Below the pieces are notes generated by a model. It ran no database searches. It was not told the origin of the DNA and saw nothing but the letters and a program-made list of their open reading frames with translations. A stretch of DNA of 61,421 nucleotides, the filler included, from Streblomastix strix (taxonomy: Eukaryota): the NCBI GenBank assembly GCA_008636045.1. It is 4 parts of 4 records of this genome, joined end to end, with 100 filler letters (N's around TTAATTAATTAA, not from the genome) between each part and the next. Parts side by side here need not be neighbours in the genome. Positions count along the whole stretch, not along the records: positions 1 to 15,288 come from SNRW01001007.1; positions 15,389 to 30,676 come from SNRW01001008.1; 2 more parts are not named here. One strand, written 5' to 3'. Numbering within the stretch: position 1 is the first letter of the stretch; every line of letters starts with the position of its first letter. A program made the translations under genes and the position numbers. Shown here piece by piece: positions 1 to 19,121 of this stretch.

Positions 1-128
1 TAATTAAAAATCTGAAAATTTATCTCCCTGAAATGAATTATAATATTTATTAAATTAATTTTTTTTAATCAAACTATTAAGTTCATGGAAATGACTGTTT
101 TTGGGGAATTATTAAAATCTAACACCAC

Positions 129-2015
129 ATGAAAGACTTCATCCAATATGGATTTACCCTCCAGTGGAAAGATAATTTGAGTAGTAACAATCTATAACGT
201 TAATTAAAGATAATGAATTTTAGGGGAACAGAAGAAGAAGCGAAGAAGTTCAAGATAATACTAGAAGAGGAATTGAAAGGGAACATTGTAATACCGATAA
301 GGAAAGAACAAATCAAATGTTATAACCAGACATTCATGAAAACGAAAGCGAACGGGAAATGGAGAAAGATATTAGATGCGAAAGCGCCGAATAAATAGAT
401 TGCAAGCTTCCACATCAAAATATACGATTCGAACGAGGTGAAACAAACAATTAGACTTGGAGATTAGTGCACTTCACTAGACATCTCCTCAGCATTTCAC
501 CACCTAATAGTCCAAACGGAATCACAACCATACCTAGCATTCGAATTCCAGATCAACTATTACACATATTGGGTAATGCCATTCAGAACCGAACACTCAC
601 CAATGTACGTTGCAACAGAAATGGAGCCAAAAATGCAACATATATGAATGAAAACAGTGATTAGAATAATCAATTACGTCGTCTACATCCTTCTCCTTCA
701 TCATTACAAGGAATATCTAAGGATTATGACTTAGAAAGTAATAGATACACTGAAATATTTCGGATTCACAATGAACACGGAAAAGAGCGAGACAGAACCG
801 AATCAAACAGTAATATTTCTAGGATGGGAATGGAATCTTGCAAAAGCAACAGTTAAAGCTAAACTGAAGAAGCATTTATTTTTCTTATACGTTTTATACA
901 GTATGAGAAGATGGATAAAGATGGAAACAGAGATAACAGTAAAACAAACAGCCAAATTATTAGGAAAACTAAACTACCTAAGGTTGTAATTCTAAGAAGC
1001 TTCACTCTTCCTGAACTCAATGGACCATCAGAAAGCATAAGCTGCAAGACTGAGAGAATGGAATACAATTATGATAATGAATAAGACTGCAATTCCAGAT
1101 GTGAATTGGTGGATAGCGAAACTCAGGGCGAACATTCTTGCACAATTAATATAAATACCACCACAAGTGACAATGACAACAGATGTAGCACAAAGTGGAT
1201 GGTGTTCTACATTAGAGAAAGAACTGGAAATGATATTAACGGTTCATGGAACTTGGAATAAAAGATAAACGAAGTAAACAAGTAACAACATAGAAATCAA
1301 AGCTATAACTTAACGCCTACGAAGATTCGCCAAAGTCTTAAAGAATTTGCGAGTTCAATCCATAGCGATCAGAATCGATAACAGTACAGCAATTTTCGAC
1401 ATCAGGAAATGGAGAGCATCAACATCATTGATAAAAGAAATTAAACACGTACACTAAACAATAGAAAAGTTAAGAATTTAGATCCAGATTACTCGCATTC
1501 CAGGAGTTAAAAACGAGATAGCAGACGCATTAAATAGACTATAAAGAACAGGAGACCACAAATTAAAGGAAAAGATTTCTCAACAGACATGTCTTCAGAT
1601 GAACTTGAACCCAATAATAAACTTATTCTCATAACACTTCAATAACCTACTGCCTAGATTCATGTCAACAATAAGAGGACACGGAGAAATAGCAATCGAC
1701 GCTCACAATCAAACATGGAAGAAGGAATTTCCATGGATTCACCCTCCTATCTCTCTACTTCCAGCTGTTCTGAAGAAGATCAGAGAAGAACAGATAGATG
1801 CAATGATAATAGCTCCTCTATGGACAGGCCAGATATGGTATACAGAACTGGTAAACAAGAATGTTCAATCCCTTATGCGTGGCTGGAGCAATGAAATTCT
1901 GGAACCAGGAACATCTTTAATTAAGAAGAACTTGAAACTCCCTCCTGATAAGATATGTTGTTTCCTGATGGACCGAAGGTCAGGAAGAGAAGAAGATTCG
2001 CGAGAAAGATTTTGA
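129..2015 (+). pseudogene. Reverse transcriptase / RNase H / adenine-methyltransferase-like polyprotein (inactivated)
   Basis: One frame with TAR=Gln: KWRKILDAK, SLDISSAFHHL, MPF, FLGWEW, TTDVAQSGW, IDNSTA, IPGVKNEIADALNR, WIHPPISLL. In-frame TGA at 645-647; the catalytic YVDD position reads YVVY (675-686). Confidence 0.88.
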
Positions 2016-3020
2016 GAATACTAAACGTATTCAAGGGGGCAATCGAAATGATTTTATATGGATAAAGATACCATACACAAAGAAGATACTATTATGCAAT
2101 GGAAACTTAAGAGATGGACCTAAATCAATCACTACACAATATTTGACTTATTAACAATGAAACCACATATCATTATAACAGATGTATTAACTTAATTCAC
2201 TTCAGTAAACACTTCATCAAGCTCAGCACTTCAGTTTCTTAATGGACTCTCCTCAATGCTATCACTCACATTTAACATAGATTCAAAGAATAACCACATG
2301 TTCCAATTTCCCAGAAAATTGATTTCAGCACATATGATCGTGAAACCGAAATATGATGCTACATGGAACATGGGAATACTATTTGACTATTGAAGAGGAA
2401 AAAGATAGACCCGAAATTAGATAAATATTGAACTGTAGACTAAACTCACTTCATCCCTTATGACTATTTGTTCAATGAGACCAGCCGAAATCGAAGGAAT
2501 ATCTCTAAGACACTCAGTAATTTGCGAATAAACTGACAAGGTTGACTTACGACTACAACCGAAATCAAAGTCTAGACTTCACTCACACAAACTTCCAAAG
2601 ACTAGAGATCGAACTGTGTGTCCAAGAGCAAAATTTTTTGATTGTTTGAAAAGAATTGATAACAAACACAGTCGATTCATCAGAAACAATAAGTATGGAG
2701 CATTACGGTGGAATGAAGGTATAACTATACTAGCCAAAAGGGGCCAAATCTCATTCAGATTAAAGAAATTACTAGATGTGATGGGTATTAAAGGGAAATA
2801 AGTATATTCCTTAAGACACTCAGCAGCAACATAACTAATAGTAATGGGTCTAGACGAAACATTATTAAACACATACATAGGACATGCAAGAAATTCGAAA
2901 TCAACAAACGAATACTATGTATTTGCAGAAAGATTAAAAGATAATGAAATAGCAACGAAACTATCTAATATTCGTGGCCAAGTGGAATGTAATCCAATTT
3001 CAAGTACTCAATAAAAGTGA
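2009..3020 (+). pseudogene. Tyrosine recombinase of the DIRS element
   Basis: PKYDATWN, SMRPAEI (catalytic R), YSLRHSAAT, YIGHARNS, NEYY. Frameshift near 2105 and TGA near 2391; ends at TGA 3018-3020. Start approximate. Confidence 0.85.
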
Positions 3021-4049
3021 AGTTGTTGGATATAATATATGCACTCCTCAATTGCCATAGTGGGACTATTGGTAATTAGAGGATGTATAATAATATACAA
3101 CAACTTCGCCTTGGTCCACTCATCAGTCTAAATCTCTATAGAAATGCATTCATATAGTTTTTTACTTTAGTCCCAACCCATTGTGGCGTTTGTGAATCAA
3201 TCACAGCACTTTACGTATCATATATTTTCTTTATTATATCACCTTTATCAATCTCCTGCAAATACTATCATGCAACAATGACAAGTAAGTAAGTGAACTG
3301 TTGACAATGGTATCTAATAAGCTAGTGAGCATGAGATGCCAGCAATTTTTCATGGATGGATATGTTCATGCAGTTCGCTGATAGAATTTGAATCTAGAAA
3401 CATGGATATTTTTATTTATTGGCCATTTTATTTAACATTTAACTATTTTTATTCAATATTTTAACCAGTTTTAACTTTAATATTCAACTTTATTTTGTTT
3501 AATTAACGTTTTTTAATTTAACTTTAATCTTTTTGTTCGATGCGAGTACTTCTATGCTTAATTATGTAGTCACTTATTTTGGTTTTTACTCTTACAAATC
3601 ATTTATTTATGGGGAGTTTCTCTTGCTGGCATTCTTCTCACCCACTTTACATTATAAACAACACTTTGTCTAAATTTTTCTGCTGGATCTCCTGTTGAGA
3701 GTCCAGATTTATCAATTTTTTCTACCTTTCTTTTTTGTTTTTCTTAATGGCCACTCCATTGTAAACATTGTTTGGGGAATGGCCAGAAGAATCACATCAA
3801 ATAGTTGATGGCAATCACTCAATAAAGGCGAAGTTGTTGTATATTATTATACATCTTCTAAATAATTTTAATTTTTACTGTTATTCTAACATTTGCAATA
3901 TATTCTGTTTTTTATTTTTCAAAATATATTTTTAAAATTTTAATATAGAATTGTGTTTAAATTAATTTTGAAAAATATCTTATTTTTTATTATAAATTGC
4001 GTTTTTCTCGTCCATACAAAATATTTATCAGTGCTTTGATTATATTCCA

Positions 4050-9413
<5,364 letters not shown>

Positions 9414-9741
9414 AAACTAAGGATTTGGAAGAAAACAATATGAGGGATATGATATGGCGAATAAATAAATCCATATTTTGAAATTCATTCTATATCCTTT
9501 TAGTCTTTCTTTCATATGATACATATAAGTCATTTATTTTACTAGCGCTCCTACTTACACTTAACAGAGATTCATTTTAATAATCATTCAATAAAATTTA
9601 CATATAATTATCATCTTCAACACCATTATTTCTCATTCATTTAACTCTTTGAATAAAATAATAATAAAATTCATAAATAGCTTATAAAAAATATTAGAAA
9701 TTGAAGTATTTAAATTAAATTGTACTATTTAAAATTTAAAA

Positions 9742-9788
9742 TAGTGTTGGACAAAAGCTCTTTTAAGAGAACTAAACGCGCGCTGAGC
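9742..9788 (+). mobile_element. Solo transposon end, same family as 36858-37843
   Basis: TAGTGTTGGACAAAAGCTCTTTTAAGAGAACTAAACGCGCGCTG closely matches the reverse complement of 37800-37843. Confidence 0.75.
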
Positions 9789-10869
9789 ATTATATATCAC
9801 AAAAAACGCCTACTAAACTCAGGTACAGCCTTATTACCCTGTTTCCGAGGGAGATGTGGATAATAATTGGTTACCCCCTTCTCTCCTTATCTCACCTCTT
9901 TATTAAAATACCATTGTGGCTCAAATACGGTCGGTTCGTGTACAGAAATTTGAATTATGGGTTGGCCATTTTTTAAAATGTCAAAGAATTTAATAAAACC
10001 GGAACCGTCAGAGCCGTGACTGTTCGCAATTTTCGACACACCAAAGTTCACTATAAAGACACCTGTCGCGACCGCATTTGAGCAACCGGAGATGGGAGAC
10101 GAGATTGGAAAGTTTCTTCAGTTCGAGCTGCAGCCGACACTATAGGACATCGAACGACAACTAACTCCAAGGCAGGCGGCCAGTCAAAGGACGCAAACGC
10201 AAATGGCAAAGGTCTTGGAAGCGATGGTTTGTGCGCAAGCGAGCGAGATTGATATTTGAGTAACGAATATCATAAACGAACGGAACGTCGAGGTCCGGAG
10301 AAGGGGGATATAATGCCCTTTGCTACTACCTGTTACATCGATTCCAGTACTAGATGAAGTACTTGAATCGAAGCGCAGTCTGATTAATAAAATTTTACAG
10401 AGAAAACAAGCACTGACACTATACAACTTCAGAATAGGTGAAGGAAACTATTAATTATAGAAGATATTCGCACTATTATAAAAAAGGCATAGGCAAATCG
10501 ACATACTCAGCTAGATGATCCACAATTTAAGGAAAGCCGAGAGAACGCATTTTGCGAGAGCGTGGAACGAAAACGGGACCAACGCGAACTATTTTAACCT
10601 AGCAGCGAATTCAATAACTTCAAGGACCGACTGATAGATGCAGTAGTTGAAATATCAACACAAAAACACTATTTTAAAGTTAAATTACAATGATCAAATA
10701 ACTATCGTGTTTCTTAGCAAATCGTTGACAAATCAATCAAAAACAACACACCAGATGGCAATACATGATACTACCATAATATTATTATTTATTTATTTAT
10801 CTTTAAGTAAGTAAATTTTTTCCCCATTTTTTATTTTTGTTATAAATTGCATTCGTAAAAACATAACTA

Positions 10870-13800
10870 AAATCAATATTGGATATATTTAAATTCTCCA
10901 CTGATGGAACTGTTAAATAGCTCAGAACTAGAGTTACTTAATTATTGAATTAACAATAGTTCCCTCAACGAGAAGGTAGAACTAAATTCGATAAGTTTGT
11001 AGCATTCTCAACTGAAAAACATACAGAGTCAATTAAAGAATAAACAATATATGAAAACTTACTCAAAACGTAGAAATAGATAGTCAAAGCAACTAACTTC
11101 AATGAAGCTAGAAACAAAATAGTTAGACTGGAGCACTTAACTTTAGACTAAATTGATATATAAGATAAATAGATTAATTCAAAGGAGAAGATATAGAAAA
11201 TGATGATCCTTAACACATCAATGCTCTTATGTTTAATGAACCTCAAGAAAGAGAAAGTTGTAGGGCAGCAATAAATTAAGCTAGATTATATAAAGTAATT
11301 AGAAATATAGTTGTAGTAACTGATGATGTTTCAATAAAATACAATAATAATTAAATCAGAAATATTGAAGATATAAACGATACAATTGACTATGTTCATA
11401 ATTAAAATGGTAGACGGATATATAAGATGTAATTCATTTTTGGTACTGTTAGTAAAGAACTAGTTTATAGAACATATGAATATAAATGTTAACCAATATT
11501 AGATTAATTCATCTAAATACACACTCCTATAATGATATATGATAATGCTTAGATAGAGATATTTAAATAATACGTTAAGAGTACTATAATTGAGATGTAA
11601 GATTTTCAATAAACAGAATAAACAAAATAGAGATATATTGGTGTCTATTCAATGATTATAAAGATTAATCTACTTCCAGTAGCAGGCCTTTGTCTTTAGG
11701 AGTTAATTGATTAACATTATACTTCTCATAGAAAGTAACAATTCTATCAATAATCTGATTTGAATGATTGCTTCTTGTTATAATATGCTAGATTCATATT
11801 ATAAGACAAAGTAGCAACCAAGTAACCGCTCTAACGATTATCTCCTTGACAAATAAGTTTTGAAGCTAAAAAATAACAAAGTGAATTCTATAATCTAATG
11901 AAGAAGTAATACGATACATTCATTAACGATTAAAAAGGATTTGATTTAGTATGTGAATTAAATAGAATTTTCTACTTAATTTTTTTCAATTAATTTTTAT
12001 TAAAATTGAAAAATAAATATTAGATCATAGAAATTTTTTTCAATGTTAATATTTTATATTATTGATATATATACTTAATAGTTTATGGCCAACAACTTTA
12101 AAGTTTTAAATTGCTGGTATCTATTTTAATTTTTTAAAATCAATTTTAAAATTTTAAAATAAAGTTAAAAAGATGCATATTAATATTAATTACAAAAATG
12201 AAAATAATGAAACTTATTTCAGTATAATTTGATAAATACATTTCGTAATGATGTATATGGGTAGTGTATATTTATAATTATAGTAAAATGATCATATAAT
12301 TATTTTAAGCATATTAGATAAATTACTTATTGCTAATAAAATAAGGTATTTTGAATATTGAAAAAAATAATTTTTTAAAATATTAAAAACTGAACTAATA
12401 AAACTTAATAGTTTATATATCAATTATTTTATGCACACATACATACATACTTCCACTATTCATCTTAGCTCTATCTTGCTTGATAAAAAAGTAATCAAAA
12501 AGATGCAAACAATTTGACGCAAAATTTTTGCTTATTTTTTAATACATTCAATAATTATAATATCAATTAACCATAATATGAAATGTATTGATTCTGATAA
12601 CAACATTAAATATTACATACATATATGCATATATCACATATATTAATATATTTGAACAATCAGTTATTTACATTGAATTGCATTTATAATTTTTTATCAG
12701 AATTTTACGCAAATAATTTGACTCGCAGTTTAATACTTAGGACAAAATCAAACATAGAAAGACAAACAATAATGTGACCATTAATGACTTTTAATACTAT
12801 AAGGATCTATTCAGTCGTTCTACTTGTGCCATTTGTGGTGATAAATTTACAATGAATAATAAGCCTACTTTAGATCGTATTAATAATAAACTACCTCATA
12901 CTAAATCAAACTGTTGTCCTTGTTGCTTATATTGTAATCGATATAAATCGGATAAAGATGAGAAGATAACTAGACTATTTATTCAATTGAAAAGATACTG
13001 TATTGCTAATTATCTTCCTCAAACTATAGTCAATATTGAAGTATATTAGCACATAAGACGTTATATTACTGGTGGATTATCAAATGTAATGCACCGTTAT
13101 AATCGTGTCAATATCGACACAATTAAATGCTATTATTATAATGAAGATAACAAAACCATTACTGTAATCAATACAAATCATACTATAATTCATATTTGTG
13201 GTGTTGATTTTAAATCATTATATCCAAATTGTTTCTCATCGTAATATCATTCCTTTAACAAGTATATTAATGGAATTATGTATATGTGTGGATCAGTAAC
13301 AGGTATAATTCATTCATGATCAATCTTAAGCTAGAAAAATAATACACTCAGATGATCGATTCAATGAGAAAGGATAACTATTCATTGCTTAACTGAAGGG
13401 ATATATTGATGAGAAATACGTTAACGATTTCGTTAATTGTGCCCCTATTGTTCGTAACCTATCATACGCAACTAATAAAGACACTATAGGGTAATATATG
13501 TATGATTAGATGAAAATTGCTTGAGCAAATACTGATAAATAAAGAAAGAAAATTAGCTCAATTATTATCTACTCATAATTAGTATTTGACCTTTAATTCT
13601 TATTATTTATGGTTCTTAATTGATGACTGTCATTCTAATATCGAAGATATTAAACTGTTAGTCATATACAATAAGCATAGTAAATTTAATGCTTTCGCTA
13701 ATGAGTTTATGAATAAACGTATTGAAGCTATAAAATAAAAGAATAGTGGTTTAGATAAATTTTATAAGATGATTTTAAAAGCTTCTTATGGATCTGATGG

Positions 13801-14638
13801 TATGAATACTGAGAAATATAACAAGATAAAACTACTTACTAAAGAAAAGACTAAAGAAGCACATATTAAGTTATCATGGATGAAAGATCATTAATTAGCT
13901 GATTACCTTTATGCTATTCAATTTAGTCCAAAGAATTGCAAATGTAAAACACGTTTTCTAGTAGCTTATTTTACACTAGACAATGTTAAGTATTGGTATC
14001 ATAATTTCATATATAATTTCAAGTATAAATGTTTGCATATGACTAAACTCCTTTTCATTGAAGGAGATACTGATTCAGCTTATTGGATAATTAGTGAAAG
14101 ACAAGTTATTAAAGGAGATGATAATTAATAAGAGTATGAAGATAATTTGCATTAATGTTTCAAACATGTTATCAAGGACAGGTAGTTCTATGACGCTAAC
14201 GCAAAATGCTTCTTTCCAACTATTGAAAGAGACAAATCTGACGAAAAGAAATTACTAGGTTTATCTATTGAAAATTAAGGAGATGAAATATTTGCATTAA
14301 CCTCTAAGAATTATTATATTCATACATTTAAATGTAATTAATTAACTGATGCAATTAAACTAAAAGAAGTTAATTTGAAAAAGAACAATATAAGCAAATA
14401 AGATGTGATTGATAATATCGTTAGTGAAAAAATTACACAAGGGACTAATATTCGATTATGTCAATAGGCAGATTAATTCTGAGAAGGATAACTGTCAAAG
14501 TCTAATTGTATGAGTAAGTTATTATCAACTATTAACACGTTAACTTGAATAAAAATTAAGATAAAAGAATTGAAAAATAGTTAAAGTTATTTATCGATTA
14601 TCTATGGATTAATTGCTGATAGTTATTTAGTTTGTTGA
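10870..14638 (+). pseudogene. Protein-primed family B DNA polymerase (Polinton/Maverick-type), degenerate
   Basis: ITGGLSNV, VDFKSLYP (~13203), YKMILKASYG (~13763), IEGDTDSAY (~14057), KNY/KLK motifs, N-terminal NDCFLLQYA. Several stops and frameshifts plus a non-coding block at ~11975-12700. Start approximate. Confidence 0.88.
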
Positions 14639-15288
14639 TGAAAATCGGCTTTTATCACTTTTTAATTTTCTTTTTAAGTTATTTTTTACCATATTTCATT
14701 TTAAGTTCTTTCTATGCTTCTATCTATGCAAACATTTATTTTTCACCAATATATATAAAATTAGGATAAAAATAAAAAAAATCACAAAAATATTATAGAT
14801 AGTTTTGGAGAAATTTGTTCTCGAAAATATTATTTTTATTTCGCCATATAACTTACATATAACTAATTACAAACAAAAATATTACTACTTAAATAGCATT
14901 AATATTATTTCTGTATGAACTATACATTTTAAAACTGCAAACATTATTATCTTCAAAATTGTTCAAAATCGTAATTTACATCAGAACTAATTTATTAAAT
15001 ATTTTATTTATATAAATTTTAATTTATATTCATAATTTTAAATAATTTAGTTAATTATTATTTATTATTTACAATCTAACGATAAAGATTCAAACAAGAA
15101 AATAATTTTTTTCTATGTTCTAAAGATTGGTATGATAAAATATATATATAATTCATTCAACATTTTTATAATAAATATTCTTATATGATAAATATTTTAA
15201 TTATAATATTTCATTATTTGTTTGAAAATTATTACTAATTTTATAAATTTTTATTTTGACTTTTTCTTTTTATTTATTGAATCTTATA

Positions 15289-15388
15289 NNNNNNNNNNNN
15301 NNNNNNNNNNNNNNNNNNNNNNNNNNNNNNNNTTAATTAATTAANNNNNNNNNNNNNNNNNNNNNNNNNNNNNNNNNNNNNNNNNNNN
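15289..15388. other. Artificial contig spacer (44N-TTAATTAATTAA-44N)
   Basis: Identical 100-nt construct occurs three times in the window. Confidence 0.97.
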
Positions 15389-16148
15389 AACAGTAAATAC
15401 ATTTCATTTAAACACTGTATTTTCAATCTATTTATGAACAATAAATAATATAAATTTATTGCAAAGTATATTATAAAATCAAACAACAACAGTTATTCAT
15501 GATGAGTGTGGAAAAAATCGATATAAATTTCAAACTTGCTGCGAGTTTTCTTCTTGGTCTAGACTATATCAAGGTTAATTGAATTAATATATTCCGCGAT
15601 TTATATGCTCTTTCCTACATATTAATTCAATATTTGATTTATAACTGACGATAATGTTTCTATCCAAACTCAAACTTTATCCACACTTTTCTACCACATC
15701 ACAGCACAATAATTCAAAATAGAACTAAAATGTTCATTTTCTGATGTTTATATTAACAAATATATCTTAGAGAGCAACATTAAAAATTATCAAAGACTTA
15801 AAATCGAGATCGAACGAAATTTACAAAAAAACATGTTTATCACCCGTCAAAATATTAATGATGAATGAAAATTAGAATTTATTGTTATAAAATTATTTAT
15901 TTACTAAATATCTACCAAAATCATTCTAAATATAATCAAAATTCATAAAATGACTATCGAACAAGAATATTAATATAGTACTTTATTCATCCCATCATGT
16001 GCAATTATATTCATGACTATTTGTGAATCAATTTATAATAATCACATTATTATTTTTAATTTTATATATTAAACATTAAACAATATCATTTTCACTTAAT
16101 TTCTTCTCTTTTCTATTTGATTCTATTTTTATTCTTTTTTTCTTGTAG

Positions 16149-18572
16149 ATGTCTCTGAACAAACTTTCGTAGGAAGAATTTGATAGCGCAGTAAAATCTA
16201 ATATAGAGGAGCTAGAAATGGATGAAGAAGAAGCCGTACGCGAAGCTGTAAGCATGTTTGAAGGAAGTGGTTATAACATATAATCAACATAATATCTATT
16301 TAATGTTTATTCATTAACTTTTTCTATAGGATATACTCTTAATAATATAAAGAAGGATTTCTATGGAAATTCAGGAAGGAAAGAAGGTGGAATACCTCGT
16401 TTAGAGCTTGAAATACAATCTATAAAGAATTCTATACTGACACTTTATTCAAAATCAATTGTGGATAACACAGAAGAATAAAAGAAATTCTTGATCTCTG
16501 TTTCAGGAATAAGACATTGTATAACAGTTGTTGAAGATAGTGGAATAGCTGGAGATGTACCACTTTATTGTTGTAAAGCTGGTATTGTACAAGTATTAAT
16601 ATAATTTATACATTATATATGTTAAAGAGAGTTGTTATCATTTCCTGTGACATCTGCAATAGTTGTATCAGATCTCCTGTATACAATTCTGAAGAGTTAA
16701 CCAGATTATTTGAATGTAGATGGAATACAGCCTCAACTTACATTAATCAACATTCAGTCATTATCGGAAGAAGAATAAGAAGCAATAAAGGATGAGAATT
16801 CACCAAGTTTTATTCTTCTATTCTGTATTAATAATATTATTGATAATATAAGAAAGAGTGGTTATATTTTATAATAAGTTAATCTTCTTACAAATATTAT
16901 TCACTTAATCACACTTATTATTGATAGTATTCGTGCATCTTGTAGAAAACATGAATCAAACAGAGGAATGTTTGTTATTAATGGCATAATTGATATGATA
17001 AAGTCTGTAATTGCATTATGTCTAGAAATTGAATCTGCATTTAATTAAGTTTGTTCATCATCTTAATAACAATTGAGTAAATAGAAAGATTAATTTGAAT
17101 AATAAGCATTCTTCTCCACACTACATCATCCTATACCCATACCGTCCAACTACATTCTGATATCCTTACTAAGATCATCACTTCAATTATGTCGTGTAAT
17201 CATAGCTGATGATGATATTAGATCAACTGTTGGTCATGGATTTGAATATCTTGCTTAAATGGTTAAATAAGGTTTAATTGATTAATTAATCACTTTATTA
17301 TCTGATACATTGACAGTAAATAAAACAGAAAGTAAGGATATTGCAATAAGGAATGAAAATAAAGAAAAGAATTATATTATTTTCCCTCCATTTTATGCTG
17401 TTGGATCAAAATCTACTTCTTTTCTTTCTCCAATTCCACTTTTTATTGAAATTATTACAATAAATCAATAATAAAGTAAATGTAAAGATAATCCTTATGA
17501 TATCCATTCTTAACTACAAGCATCAATTAGTCTTATTGGAGAAATTCTTTCTTCATTAGCTGCATTTGCAGTTAATAAGGAAGTCTGTACAAAGTTGAAT
17601 GAAAAAGGAATTACCACAGCTATTATTAATATATTACAAGATTCTTATAATACATTTGAATTTATCAAACACAAATGCATTATTATTAATCCAAAAGAAT
17701 AAGAATCTAATTCTGATAGTATTGAATTGACAAAAGTATCTAAATTAAGTATTTTCAATAGTGAAGTGTCTTCATTGCTATCTGCTATAACATCAGGATC
17801 TACTCTTATTAAAGGATCTTCATCGAGTGATGATATAAAAAGATTCTACACATAACATGCTGATGGATAAATAGCTTTTATATTACTTTAGTTAATGAGA
17901 GAATGTTGCTCTGATTAATCTTAGCATACTGGTTCATAAAGTATATTGAACATAACATCACCACAGATAACTTCTGTAATAGAATCATGTGGATCTGCAC
18001 TATCATCACTTCTATTGAGGAATAAAGATCTATCATATATACTGAGTTAGGCTTCAATGTATGTATAAACTTCATAAGAGGCAGATGATAAATAGAAGGA
18101 TGTGAGTGTATAAGATAATGAAAAGATTCATTTAAAATCTATTAGATCTAAATAAGGATGTTAAATTAAAGCTGATTTTATTGAAGTTTCATTACTTTGT
18201 CTTCGAAGTTGTTAGCATAGTTCAATTGCGTAGTAATAATTATGTTAATGCATTAGGAATAGTATATCACGATGTGTTGAACTGAAGGAAGCTTTTCTTC
18301 TTGCAGGTGTTGAACCACTTCTACGTCGATCAATGGCACTTGCATTGTAAATGAATTAAAGTAGTGATGGTACATAAGAATCAAAAGGATCAGCTCCAAT
18401 CACAAATACACTTTCAACTTCTACTCCTGCATCATCACCTTTAAATTAGGAGTTTACATCATGGCGTGCTCGAGCTCTCTATGAGGCAGCTCATTCAGCA
18501 TTGCGCGATTTAGGGTGTGAAGTTGAATTGAAAGAAATGTGGTAAGGAAAAGGTATCAATTTGAAGAAGTGA
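16149..18572 (+). CDS. ARMC6: Armadillo repeat-containing protein 6 homologue (~787 aa)
   Basis: N-terminus LSQEEFDSAVKSNIEELEMDEEEAVREAVSMFEGSGYTLNNI and C-terminus AHSALRDLGCEVELKEMWQG match ARMC6 signatures; intron 16270-16329. Confidence 0.88.
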
Positions 18573-19121
18573 GCAAAGCTTAGATCAATCCATTTTTCTA
18601 TGAGTATTATTTTAGAAACAAATAAATATAATTCAATTAAGGAAATTTTATCATTTGTCTGGCAGAGTTTAATTGCAAAATAAGAAAATAATTTTTTTGG
18701 AAGTGCTTTGTGGGAGCATAACCCAACAGGTAAGTGCAGATGCATGTTTTACCAGAAAGATGTAAAAATAAATATGATATTGTAAATGCTCACTGACTAA
18801 AACTAAAACTTATATCCTGCTACATCACACAAACCAACAATGCAAAAAAATAACACTCAAAATCCAATTTTTCTGTTGTACTTCATATATTTTTAGTCTT
18901 GCCATAGTTTTCTTTAATTGTATCATAGAATATCATAATATAATACATTAAAATAATATTTTTAAACAGCTTAGAAGCTATAGGAAGTTCACAAAGAATA
19001 ATTAGCTCAAAACGAGGGAAACAACCATTAATTTATTCATTTTATTCTCTATTTTACTCTTACTTGCTCTTTATAATTCTCTTGATTATTTACATAGACA
19101 ACTACATTTTGCTCGAGTTCT

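Larger units (their letters stand above)
129..3861 (+). mobile_element. DIRS-type tyrosine-recombinase retrotransposon, 5'-truncated and decayed
   Basis: RT-RNaseH-MTase ORF overlapping a YR ORF. The terminal segment 3817-3861 has an inverted internal copy (3076-3112) and a diverged direct copy (3006-3050). Confidence 0.9.

Noticed and set aside
645..647. In-frame TGA as selenocysteine or a third reassigned codon
   Set aside because: Such TGAs occur in decayed elements alongside frameshifts and fit Arg/Trp codon mutations; intact genes use TGA as stop.
15333..15344. TTAATTAATTAA palindrome between N runs (also 30721, 46101)
   Set aside because: Artificial contig linker, not biological.
15500..16000. 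Possible coding fragment before ARMC6
   Set aside because: No clear start, splice structure or motif.
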